IMG/VR virus record: IMGVR_UViG_3300041405_000130 | Reading direction: 5' to 3' (one strand) | From: a virus | Lineage: Duplodnaviria; Heunggongvirae; Uroviricota; Caudoviricetes | DNA: 64,000 nucleotides | In this document: positions 1 through 7,154 of the stretch, piece by piece | Numbering within the stretch: the stretch's first letter is position 1 | Layout: every line of letters begins with the position of its first letter | Program-made: the position numbers and the translations under genes | Notes under the pieces: generated by a model | The model's input: the letters and a program-made list of their open reading frames with translations, nothing else | Told to the model about the DNA's origin: nothing | Databases searched by the model: none

Positions 1-437
1 GACTATCAGGGAAGGCAAAGCCCGTACCCAAGAGTACCTTACCTTAGTGTCTGGATGATCCCGACTTCGGTAACGCACATGTCCACCAAAGCGAGATGAG
101 GTGGCTACAACGGATTAGTAGATTCCGTCATGGTTAGATTAATGGGATTAGATGCCCAGCCATAGAAGGTGATAGCCCTGTGATTGTAACCTTCCCAGTA
201 GATTACTCCCGTAAAGAGGCTACTGGGCCTTATTCATGATTACTTGCCCTCCATCGTACTGAAGCTTTGTATGGCGAGTAAGTAGATAAACCTTTCGGAA
301 CGGTACGACCTCTAGCGGAATGCCGCAACCAGCCCGTGCTGTACATTAGGATGAAAAGCTCGCCCAGCGGCGATCTACCAACGGCCTCTTGTCCGTGGAT
401 AACCAGGGCTTGAATCCTGGATGCTGGGAACGATTTC

Positions 438-524
438 GCGGGGATGGTGGAGCGGTATACGCAGCGGCCTTAAAAGCCGCCGCCCAACTGGGCTCGCTGG
501 GTTCGAATCCCGCTCCCCGCACCA
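438..524 (+). tRNA. tRNA-Leu (anticodon TAA), type II with long variable arm, CCA encoded
   Basis: Acceptor GCGGGGA/TCCCCGC, anticodon arm GCGGC-CTTAAAA-GCCGC, T-loop GGTTCGAATCC, discriminator A, then CCA. Confidence 0.85.
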
Positions 525-530
525 AACATA

Positions 531-560
531 GTGCCTGCCTTTTGGGCAGGCTTTATGCCG
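531..560 (+). terminator. GC hairpin (GCCTGCC-TTTT-GGCAGGC) followed by TTTATGC, after the tRNA; extended -10 TGATATAAT follows at 565-573
   Basis: Read directly from sequence; same stem-TTTATGC arrangement recurs window-wide. Confidence 0.5.
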
Positions 561-564
561 CGTT

Positions 565-573
565 ATGATATAA
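565..573 (+). promoter_or_regulatory. Extended -10 sigma70-like promoter TGaTATAAT upstream of CDS 592
   Basis: TGnTATAAT match; RBS GGAG at 581-584 and ATG at 592 downstream. Confidence 0.45.
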
Positions 574-591
574 TCTTAATGGAGCATAAAT

Positions 592-1317
592 ATGTTCGAA
601 TCACTATTGTCCAGTGGCCACCCAGGCGCTGCAGAAACGGGGGATGTGGTATTCCTATATGACCCTGTTACAAATACGGATCTTGTTGGTGGTCCAGCAG
701 TAACCACACTATCGGGTGGTGCAGTCGCAGATGAAACTATTTTGATCAATGGGCAACCTACTCTTAAATTTCCATCCGTAACAGCAAAACATGTTATTAC
801 ATTTCCTACGGATCTAAATTTAGTCCAAGGTAATTGGACATTGGAGTGGTCGTTTATCAACAACAGTGCGCCAACAGCTTATGCCAACGATTTCGTAATG
901 TACTCTAGAACTGGTGGTGCAGGCGTTGGTCTATATACCCGTTTTGGAGATGGTGGGTTCCTTAACCGTTGGGTATTGTCAGATCCAAGAGGTGCAGCAA
1001 CTCCGAGTCTCACGCAACCTTTACCGTTCACTAAAGCAGCATTGGTTGGGTTAACGACTAACGTAGCCCTGGTCAGTATTGCCGGCGTCATCCGGGTATA
1101 CGTTAACGGCGTAGCTACAATGATGGCCCTGGGTAACGGTAGCACCAACTACAACCAACCTACCTTTATAGCTGAAGGTATGGACAAGATTTATGCATTT
1201 GGTCTAGGTGATGTCAACTCTACTGTTCGAGCAGTACCAGGGAACCGTGGTCGTATTCGACTAAGTAACTTTGCTAGATATAAGAGCAACTACACTCCTG
1301 GCCCATTGACCCTGTAA
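592..1317 (+). CDS. Hypothetical protein embedded in tRNA cluster; concanavalin-A/LamG-like beta-sandwich suspected (RVYVNGV motif)
   Basis: 241-aa ORF, ATG with GGAG RBS 8 nt upstream; weak motif-level resemblance to LamG/lectin folds only. Confidence 0.55.
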   Translation: MFESLLSSGHPGAAETGDVVFLYDPVTNTDLVGGPAVTTLSGGAVADETILINGQPTLKFPSVTAKHVITFPTDLNLVQGNWTLEWSFINNSAPTAYANDFVMYSRTGGAGVGLYTRFGDGGFLNRWVLSDPRGAATPSLTQPLPFTKAALVGLTTNVALVSIAGVIRVYVNGVATMMALGNGSTNYNQPTFIAEGMDKIYAFGLGDVNSTVRAVPGNRGRIRLSNFARYKSNYTPGPLTL

Positions 1318-1345
1318 AAAAATACTACCAGTGTAATAATATACA

Positions 1346-1430
1346 GCGGACATGGCGGAATTGGTAGACGCACTGGATTTAGGTTCCAGCGCCGCAAGGC
1401 GTGAGAGTTCGAGTCTCTCTGTCCGCACCA
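1346..1430 (+). tRNA. tRNA-Leu (anticodon TAG), type II, CCA encoded
   Basis: Acceptor GCGGACA/TGTCCGC, anticodon loop TTTAGGT, long variable arm, T-loop GTTCGAGTC, discriminator A + CCA; close to the enterobacterial tRNA-Leu pattern. Confidence 0.9.
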
Positions 1431-1524
1431 AACGTGCTCTACGGAGCCAACAAGTAAGAGCGTAATCGTTAACGCTTCGTTAACCGAGGTCATGGTGAGA
1501 AAGGAGTGTGGTTCGATTCCACAT

Positions 1525-1556
1525 GATAAGTCTTAAGGACAATAAGCCTTAAGTAA
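1525..1556 (+). other. tRNA-like T-arm fragment (TGTGG-TTCGATT-CCACA) with no pairable acceptor stem; possible tRNA remnant or small RNA
   Basis: Canonical T-loop seen but no 5' acceptor complement in the upstream 100 nt; adjacent perfect hairpins (CTTAAGG...CCTTAAG 1551-1574; ATCGG...CCGAT ~1601-1616). Confidence 0.3.
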
Positions 1557-1631
1557 CTCTGGTGAGACAAATGGTTCGGCCAGCTAGGCCGTTAAATGCA
1601 TCGGCGGAATCCGATCAAGTAGCAAAGTTTT

Positions 1632-1719
1632 GGAAGTATGGCCGAGTGGGTTAAGGCAGCAGTCTTGAAAACTGCCGGGTGTAACAGCCCCTAGAGTTCG
1701 AATCTCTATGCTTCCGCCA
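1632..1719 (+). tRNA. tRNA-Ser (anticodon TGA), type II, CCA encoded
   Basis: Acceptor GGAAGTA/TGCTTCC, anticodon loop CTTGAAA, long variable arm, T-arm TAGAG-TTCGAAT-CTCTA, discriminator G + CCA. Confidence 0.9.
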
Positions 1720-1726
1720 ATTTAGA

Positions 1727-1813
1727 GCTGAGATGGCAGAGTGGACGAATGCGCGGGATTGCAAATCCTGTTTCGAAAGATCATCGGGGGTTCAAATCCC
1801 TCTCTTAGCTCCA
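1727..1813 (+). tRNA. Atypical tRNA with Cys identity (anticodon GCA, discriminator U73) but a ~15-nt variable region and 3-bp D-stem; CCA encoded
   Basis: Acceptor GCTGAGA/TCTTAGC (one G-U pair), anticodon arm CGGGA-TTGCAAA-TCCTG matching the canonical tRNA-Cys anticodon arm, T-arm GGGGG-TTCAAAT-CCCTC; extra TTTCGAAAGATCATC between the anticodon and T arms. Confidence 0.6.
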
Positions 1814-1814
1814 A

Positions 1815-1890
1815 GCCGTTATAGCTCAGTAGGTAGAGCAACTCACTTGTAATGAGAAGGTCGCGGGTTCGATTCCTGCTGACGGCACCA
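1815..1890 (+). tRNA. tRNA-Thr (anticodon TGT), CCA encoded
   Basis: Acceptor GCCGTTA/TGACGGC, D-arm GCTCAGTAGGTAGAGC, anticodon loop CTTGTAA, T-arm GCGGG-TTCGATT-CCTGC, discriminator A + CCA. Confidence 0.9.
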
Positions 1891-1939
1891 GATACGACGA
1901 AAACTCGTTGTTGCAACATTGGCCTTAGAGCCCCTTCGC

Positions 1940-1968
1940 ATTGGCTCGCCTTCGGGTGAGCTTTATGC
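1940..1968 (+). terminator. Hairpin element ATTGGCTCGCC-TTCG-GGTGAGC + TTTATGC after the tRNA cluster
   Basis: UUCG tetraloop hairpin followed by U-rich tract; a member of the repeated intergenic element family. Confidence 0.55.
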
Positions 1969-1994
1969 CCACAATCAATCAAGAGGAATTTACA

Positions 1995-2381
1995 ATGTAT
2001 CCACACAACTATTTCCCTAAACGTAAAACAGCAGCTGAGCGTCTGCGTGACGGCGAAGCATATCGGGCAATGTTAGATAAACAAACAGCAGCCGAAGCAG
2101 AGCGTACTCGGTTCAAAGGACCTGAGCCAATCCAGGAAGCCATAGTGGCTTATGGAGCTGGCTTACAACCATACTTCAATGACATCCGGGGTGATAGCAC
2201 TTGGAGCAATGCACAGATCTGTGGTAAGTTAGAAATAGCCATGCATGAGATCCGTGACGGCTTTACCGAAAGGCAGAAAGCTTATAAGACATATGAGCCT
2301 ACGGTTGTATTTGTAGAAGAAGGCAGACGTGGATATTTCTCGTTGCGTTTAGATGGTTGGGAAATAGGGAAGATTAGCTAA
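1995..2381 (+). CDS. Hypothetical protein (128 aa)
   Basis: ATG at 1995 with AAGAGGA RBS; the ORF-track start at 1941 (MARLRVSF) is a TTG inside the hairpin element and is rejected. Confidence 0.55.
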   Translation: MYPHNYFPKRKTAAERLRDGEAYRAMLDKQTAAEAERTRFKGPEPIQEAIVAYGAGLQPYFNDIRGDSTWSNAQICGKLEIAMHEIRDGFTERQKAYKTYEPTVVFVEEGRRGYFSLRLDGWEIGKIS

Positions 2382-3262
2382 TGGATCTTATCTTTAAGCA
2401 ACATGTTTCACAACTCGATCAATCGGTTAACTTCGAACACCGCTTTGCTGACCACCCTGGGATGCTAGAGGCACGTTACGTACGTCGGGTTGATGACTAC
2501 TTCATTGTTTACTTGTCTTCTCAGACAGGTTGTGAACAGGCTTGCCGGATGTGTTGGCTGACAGCAACAGGGCAAAACAAGACACGCGATGTTACTGTAC
2601 AGGAATACTTGGACCAGGCTAAAGAAGTCCTCAAGTATTACGATGAACGTAACCCAGCTAAGATGGTACACTTTAACTTCATGGCACGCGGTGAACCATT
2701 CGCCAATAAGATCTTTCTAGAGCATGCAGATGAAGTATTGGCTGGACTCGCCACTTTAGCTAAAGAACGTGGACTGGAATACAAGTTCCTGATTTCTACG
2801 ATCTTTCCCGAAGAGGTAGGGTACATTGATCTTACTGAGATCTTTAAAGAACCCGCGTTATATCCAGAACTGTACTACTCTATCTACAGCATGGACAAAA
2901 AGTTCCGTAGACGGTGGTTACCAAAGGCAGCCTCCCCAGAACGAGCATTAGACGAATTAAAGGCATGGCAAGAGCACACGGGTAAAATCCCAAAGATTCA
3001 CTATGCGTTCATTAATAATGAAAACGATAGTCTTGGTGCAGTTAAAGCGATCTGTGACGAAATCGTTGAACTAGAACTCGATGTGAATTGGAACGTAGTT
3101 CGTTATAATCCACCAGAAGGACATTACTCCAAGGAAACAGTAGAAGGGCAAATACACTACCTAGCTGGTTACATTCGTAGTCGGTTACCTAAGGCACGTG
3201 TTAAAGTAATCCCTCGGGTTGGTACGGATGTCCAAGCGAGTTGTGGTACGTTCTTGAAATAA
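2381..3262 (+). CDS. Radical-SAM enzyme of the RlmN/Cfr family (adenosine C2 methyltransferase acting on tRNA A37 / 23S rRNA), N-terminally truncated relative to bacterial RlmN
   Basis: SSQTGCEQACRMC is the C-x3-C-x2-C cluster in the RlmN context (compare SSQVGCALECKFC), TATGQNKTRDVTVQE matches RlmN STAQQGFNRNLRVSE, the MARGEPFAN motif (compare GMGEPL) and a C-terminal ...ASCGTF (compare AACGQL) catalytic Cys. Confidence 0.7.
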   Translation: MDLIFKQHVSQLDQSVNFEHRFADHPGMLEARYVRRVDDYFIVYLSSQTGCEQACRMCWLTATGQNKTRDVTVQEYLDQAKEVLKYYDERNPAKMVHFNFMARGEPFANKIFLEHADEVLAGLATLAKERGLEYKFLISTIFPEEVGYIDLTEIFKEPALYPELYYSIYSMDKKFRRRWLPKAASPERALDELKAWQEHTGKIPKIHYAFINNENDSLGAVKAICDEIVELELDVNWNVVRYNPPEGHYSKETVEGQIHYLAGYIRSRLPKARVKVIPRVGTDVQASCGTFLK

Positions 3263-3573
3263 AATACTGGTGCTGTAATAGTATACGACCAAGGCATGTG
3301 TTGTAAGCGGTTTACATGCTGAACGGTGGAAGATACAAATAACAACGACGGCTGTCAACCGTCAAACCGAATGTCTTATTTACGCATGTGACAGTGTGTC
3401 TATAAGAAGGTCGTGTAATAATGTTGTGGATATCCGATAGGGCCAGCCATTGGGTGCTGGACGTAGATATCTTCAATCTCTTATTAGGCGGCGCCGGATA
3501 ACACCAAGATCTCTGATTAATTGGGGATAGAGCAGGCCGGCCTTGGAACTATCTGGTTTAACTTAAGTATTGA

Positions 3574-3600
3574 GTCCTACCTGCGGGTAGGGCTTTATGC
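3574..3600 (+). terminator. Hairpin element CCTACC-TGCG-GGTAGG + CTTTATGC
   Basis: Same element family, plus orientation, in the 420-nt non-coding gap. Confidence 0.4.
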
Positions 3601-3699
3601 TGTGTAAAAGAATACTCGCGGTAATACAATATACAGGACTATACGTTCAAGCACTTAGAAAGTTACGAGCATCGTAATTAACGCTTGAAAGGTATAAAC

Positions 3700-4011
3700 A
3701 TGTTTTACAACGATTGGTCCGAAAGTGGTATTGATGGTTTGATGTCTGACTTCTCCATTCACGAAAGTGATTTGGCTGGTGTAACAATCATTCACGCTGA
3801 CTATACTTACGAAGATTACAGTGGGTCCGCCTACGTGCTCTACGTTAAGGAAGGAAAGTATTATGAAGTCCATGGTTCTCACTGCTCCTGTATGGGACTG
3901 GAAGGACAATGGGAGCCTGAAGAATGCGCCCTGTACGAGTTGGCAGAAATGCTAACACGCCGAGGTGATTCCGTCATCGGTAAAGACCTTCAATCTTACT
4001 TGGATAGATGA
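3700..4011 (+). CDS. Hypothetical protein (103 aa)
   Basis: ATG at 3700 after an AAAGG RBS (ORF-track start 3685 is TTG); acidic small protein. Confidence 0.5.
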   Translation: MFYNDWSESGIDGLMSDFSIHESDLAGVTIIHADYTYEDYSGSAYVLYVKEGKYYEVHGSHCSCMGLEGQWEPEECALYELAEMLTRRGDSVIGKDLQSYLDR

Positions 4012-4029
4012 ACTGTAGTTCTGTAGCAA

Positions 4030-4058
4030 AGGAGTTCCCTTCGGGGAGCTCTTATGCC
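4030..4058 (+). terminator. Hairpin element GAGTTCCC-TTCG-GGGAGCTC + TTATGC
   Basis: UUCG tetraloop hairpin, plus orientation. Confidence 0.5.
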
Positions 4059-4129
4059 GTTGTGTAGAAATACTCGATTGGACAATGTAGTGAACCAATA
4101 ACCGTTAATCCCGCAATGAGGTTAGGACC

Positions 4130-4483
4130 ATGCGATTCAATTGGGAACCCGGTCGACAAGGAACAGGTTACGAGAAATTACAACTCTTAAACCGTTGGAA
4201 GTTCTTTAGTCGATTTAAATGGGATCTTTACTTACTGCGTTACCCGGTAGGCTCAGGTATCCCTAGACATCGTGATCCATTACCTAACCACAGGCATTAC
4301 CGGTTAAACATCTATCTGCGCAACGCAAGTGCAGGTGGTGTCCCTGAACATGATGATGTAATCATAAGCAACCGCTTCTTTACATTGTTCAGACCAGATT
4401 TGTCAACACACAGCGTTAGCCCCGTAACTAAAGGTACGCGCTATGTCTTAAGCTTTGGCTTATCAAAACAAATTAACGTCTAA
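4130..4483 (+). CDS. Small 2-oxoglutarate/Fe(II)-dependent oxygenase-like protein
   Basis: H-x-D (RHRDP) ... H (THSVSP) ... R-x-S (RYVLS) motif arrangement typical of the 2OG-Fe(II) dioxygenase double-stranded beta-helix; GAGG RBS. Confidence 0.5.
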   Translation: MRFNWEPGRQGTGYEKLQLLNRWKFFSRFKWDLYLLRYPVGSGIPRHRDPLPNHRHYRLNIYLRNASAGGVPEHDDVIISNRFFTLFRPDLSTHSVSPVTKGTRYVLSFGLSKQINV

Positions 4484-4511
4484 ACTCTCTTTCCATCCGC
4501 GTGAGGTTTAT

Positions 4512-5777
4512 ATGAAACAAGAAACAAAGACATTTGAAATCATTGGTGGAGAACCCGAACCGGGAACTAAACCGATCAAAGGCTGGACTGTCGGCGTGCC
4601 GGTAGAACCAGAAGCTGTTAAACAACTGAAGAACATTGCTGCACTTCCGTTCATCTATTCCCACGTCGCAGTAATGCCTGACGTTCATTTGGGTAAAGGT
4701 GCAACGGTTGGTTCTGTGATCGCTACTAAAGGCGCTATCGTGCCAGCAGCAGTCGGTGTAGACATTGGGTGCGGAATGGCAGCCCAACGCCTGCGCTTCT
4801 CCTCAGACGCGCTTCCAGAGTCTCTGGGGCATCTCCGTGCCGCTATTGAATCGTGCGTACCTCATGGACGTACGGATAATGGCGGTAAGAACGATCGTGG
4901 TGCTTTTGGTACCGTGTCTATCTTCAATCATCAAGTGAAAGCTGTACGCGAAGAAGCTGAAAAGCTCCGCCGGCAACTGGACTCGATTGTTGAACGGCAT
5001 CCAAAACTGAAGCGTGCTTCTGAGAAAGCCTGGAACCACGTAGGTACACTTGGTACAGGTAACCACTTCATCGAACTGTGTCTAGATGAAACAGATCGTG
5101 TGTGGATTATGCTGCACTCTGGTTCTCGTGGTATTGGTAACGCTATCGGTTCGTACTTCATCGAGAAAGCCAAAGAAGAGATGGGTCGGTTCTTCATCCA
5201 TCTGCCGGACAAAGATCTGTCATATCTTCCAGAAGGTTCCCGTTACTACAACGATTACGTTGAAGCGGTATCCTGGGCGCAGCGCTTTGCTGCATTGAAC
5301 CGTTCGGTAATGATGCACGCTGCACTGGGCGCTATTCACCGTACGTTGGGTCTGCCGATTGATTCTGATATGGAAGCAATCAACTGCCACCACAACTACG
5401 TGTCTGAAGAACGACACATGGGACAAAACGTTATCGTAACTCGTAAGGGTGCGGTAGCTGCTCATGAAGGTACTCTGGGGATCATCCCTGGATCGATGGG
5501 TGCTAAGTCTTTCATCGTTCGCGGTAAAGGTAATCGTGATTCCTTCTGCTCGTGTTCGCATGGAGCTGGTCGTGTCATGTCGCGTACCCAAGCTGCCAAG
5601 ACCTTTACACTGGAAGATCACATCCGTGACACAGCTGGTGTTGAATGCCGTAAGGATATCGAGGTAATCGATGAAACACCTAAGGCATACAAAAACATCG
5701 AAGACGTGATGTCTGCTCAGGAAGAACTGGTAGATATCGTTCATACACTGAAACAATTCCTGTGCGTGAAAGGATGA
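4512..5777 (+). CDS. rtcB: RtcB RNA 3'-phosphate/2',3'-cyclic phosphate to 5'-OH ligase (tRNA/RNA repair)
   Basis: Hallmark RtcB motifs GTLGTGNHFIE, CHHNY and SHGAGR; 421 aa from ATG 4512 (GAGG RBS); the ORF-track start at 4455 is TTG. Confidence 0.9.
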   Translation: MKQETKTFEIIGGEPEPGTKPIKGWTVGVPVEPEAVKQLKNIAALPFIYSHVAVMPDVHLGKGATVGSVIATKGAIVPAAVGVDIGCGMAAQRLRFSSDALPESLGHLRAAIESCVPHGRTDNGGKNDRGAFGTVSIFNHQVKAVREEAEKLRRQLDSIVERHPKLKRASEKAWNHVGTLGTGNHFIELCLDETDRVWIMLHSGSRGIGNAIGSYFIEKAKEEMGRFFIHLPDKDLSYLPEGSRYYNDYVEAVSWAQRFAALNRSVMMHAALGAIHRTLGLPIDSDMEAINCHHNYVSEERHMGQNVIVTRKGAVAAHEGTLGIIPGSMGAKSFIVRGKGNRDSFCSCSHGAGRVMSRTQAAKTFTLEDHIRDTAGVECRKDIEVIDETPKAYKNIEDVMSAQEELVDIVHTLKQFLCVKG

Positions 5778-5778
5778 T

Positions 5779-6738
5779 ATGGACTATACCGGATTCTGCC
5801 AAGCCGTTGAGGAGTTTGGATTAAAACATGTACGGGATGTGTCGAGTAGTTATTACTTAACACAAGCCCAAAAATACGTTTACATCATCGGACGTATCAA
5901 CGAAGATCTTCGGCGCAGGTTCCCTGATGCCGAATTCCAAACCGATTCTTGGTTTGACTTTGACCACGGCGACATAACCAAACAACATTGGTTCGTGTCA
6001 TCTACAATCTACCAAAATGACCGCGCATTCCAATACCAGATCCGTATTATTCAAACGTATCTGCAGGAAGGTAGCGACTACGAAATTGAGAAAAAGGAAA
6101 GACCATACATGTCACGATTCCAAGACCGCGTACAGAAATACAGCCTCGACATCTTTGCTGAACTGACAGTCGATGCTAGTCTGTCTTCCAGCGAGTTCAT
6201 CACCAAGTTCGAGAAAGCACTTATCGATAAACTAGAAGAGACCTATGACCGTAAAGGTTTTGAAGTGTCCCTGACAGTAAGTCATGGTAAGAGTGTTGTA
6301 TATACTGCTTCGGTAGAAGATGCCATTGATGGTGCGGAAGTTACACTGGAAATTGGTCGTGAAGACTACATCGCCTCCACCGAAGAAAAGCCAGGTCTCA
6401 AGTGGACTAAAGACTTCAGTCTTGAAGCTGTTTATAAAGAAGATCCTGAGTTCTTCAATAAACTGTCTAAGGTTCGGGCAACGATTGAATTCAGTCGTAT
6501 CGCTACTAATGCACTGACTGATGCTTTCTTGACTAACGAAGAAGCTGTGGACAAGAACCTCGGTGCTTCCGTTATCCACGATTACGTAGCGCAGAAACTA
6601 CAAGAAGCAGCACCACCTTGCGAGTTCACTATTAAAGTGGAAGTTGAAAATCGCACGGCAACGCTGCACGTAGAAGAAGCTACCACCAAAGTTAAGTTCC
6701 GCTTGCGCGCAACTCGTGAACTGGATACTGCTGAATGA
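5779..6738 (+). CDS. Hypothetical protein (319 aa) immediately downstream of rtcB
   Basis: ATG with AAAGGA RBS; no recognisable motifs. Confidence 0.55.
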   Translation: MDYTGFCQAVEEFGLKHVRDVSSSYYLTQAQKYVYIIGRINEDLRRRFPDAEFQTDSWFDFDHGDITKQHWFVSSTIYQNDRAFQYQIRIIQTYLQEGSDYEIEKKERPYMSRFQDRVQKYSLDIFAELTVDASLSSSEFITKFEKALIDKLEETYDRKGFEVSLTVSHGKSVVYTASVEDAIDGAEVTLEIGREDYIASTEEKPGLKWTKDFSLEAVYKEDPEFFNKLSKVRATIEFSRIATNALTDAFLTNEEAVDKNLGASVIHDYVAQKLQEAAPPCEFTIKVEVENRTATLHVEEATTKVKFRLRATRELDTAE

Positions 6739-7145
6739 AAAAGATTGTAATTGCTTTGGCCATCGCTTTTGCGTTGGCCGTTCCGGCTCATGCAGCTAGT
6801 GTTGTTCGTCAACACTCTGCCTGGGTGGAGTCTGCTAACTGTGTGTTGGTAGATCGTAAAGAATCCGTATCCGGTGGATTGGTCGGTGGTGCCGTAGGTG
6901 GTGTTGGTGGCGCTCTGGTTGGTAGCCTGTTCGGTAAGAAAGGACGTACGTTAGGTGCAATCGCTGGTGGCCTAGGTGGTGCAGCTTATGGCTCGTCTGG
7001 TGAAAAGATTTACAACTGCACGTTGCTCGCTACATTGCAAGATGGTTCCAAACACATGATCACTAAGATCACCAATACCCAAATCACGACCCAAGACAAA
7101 ATCGGTGTAGCTGAATTGTCTGATGGTTCTTTCCAAGCCCTCTAA
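6735..7145 (+). CDS. Secreted glycine-zipper protein (signal peptide, then a GxxxG-rich segment)
   Basis: N-terminal MKKIVIALAIAFALAVPAHA signal; GGLVGGAVGGVGGALVGSLFG glycine-zipper motif. Confidence 0.55.
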   Translation: MKKIVIALAIAFALAVPAHAASVVRQHSAWVESANCVLVDRKESVSGGLVGGAVGGVGGALVGSLFGKKGRTLGAIAGGLGGAAYGSSGEKIYNCTLLATLQDGSKHMITKITNTQITTQDKIGVAELSDGSFQAL

Positions 7146-7154
7146 GGTTAACAC

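Noticed and set aside
354-428. Candidate tRNA with acceptor CCCAGCG/TGCTGGG and a T-arm-like CCAGG-GCTTGAAT-CCTGG
   Set aside because: It is only ~66 nt, with no D-arm, an 8-nt T-loop and no viable anticodon stem. At best it is a pseudogene, so it is not called as a feature.
576-863. 95-aa minus ORF overlapping the start of CDS 592-1317
   Set aside because: It is antisense within a plus-strand-only block (tRNAs and genes are all plus) and has no RBS.
1941-1994. N-terminal extensions 'MA(R/H)LRVSFM' of ORFs 1941-2381 and 12227-12736
   Set aside because: These are TTG-initiated read-throughs of the conserved hairpin element (TTG GCT CAC CTT CGG GTG AGC TTT ATG). The real starts are downstream ATGs with good RBS (1995 and 12676).
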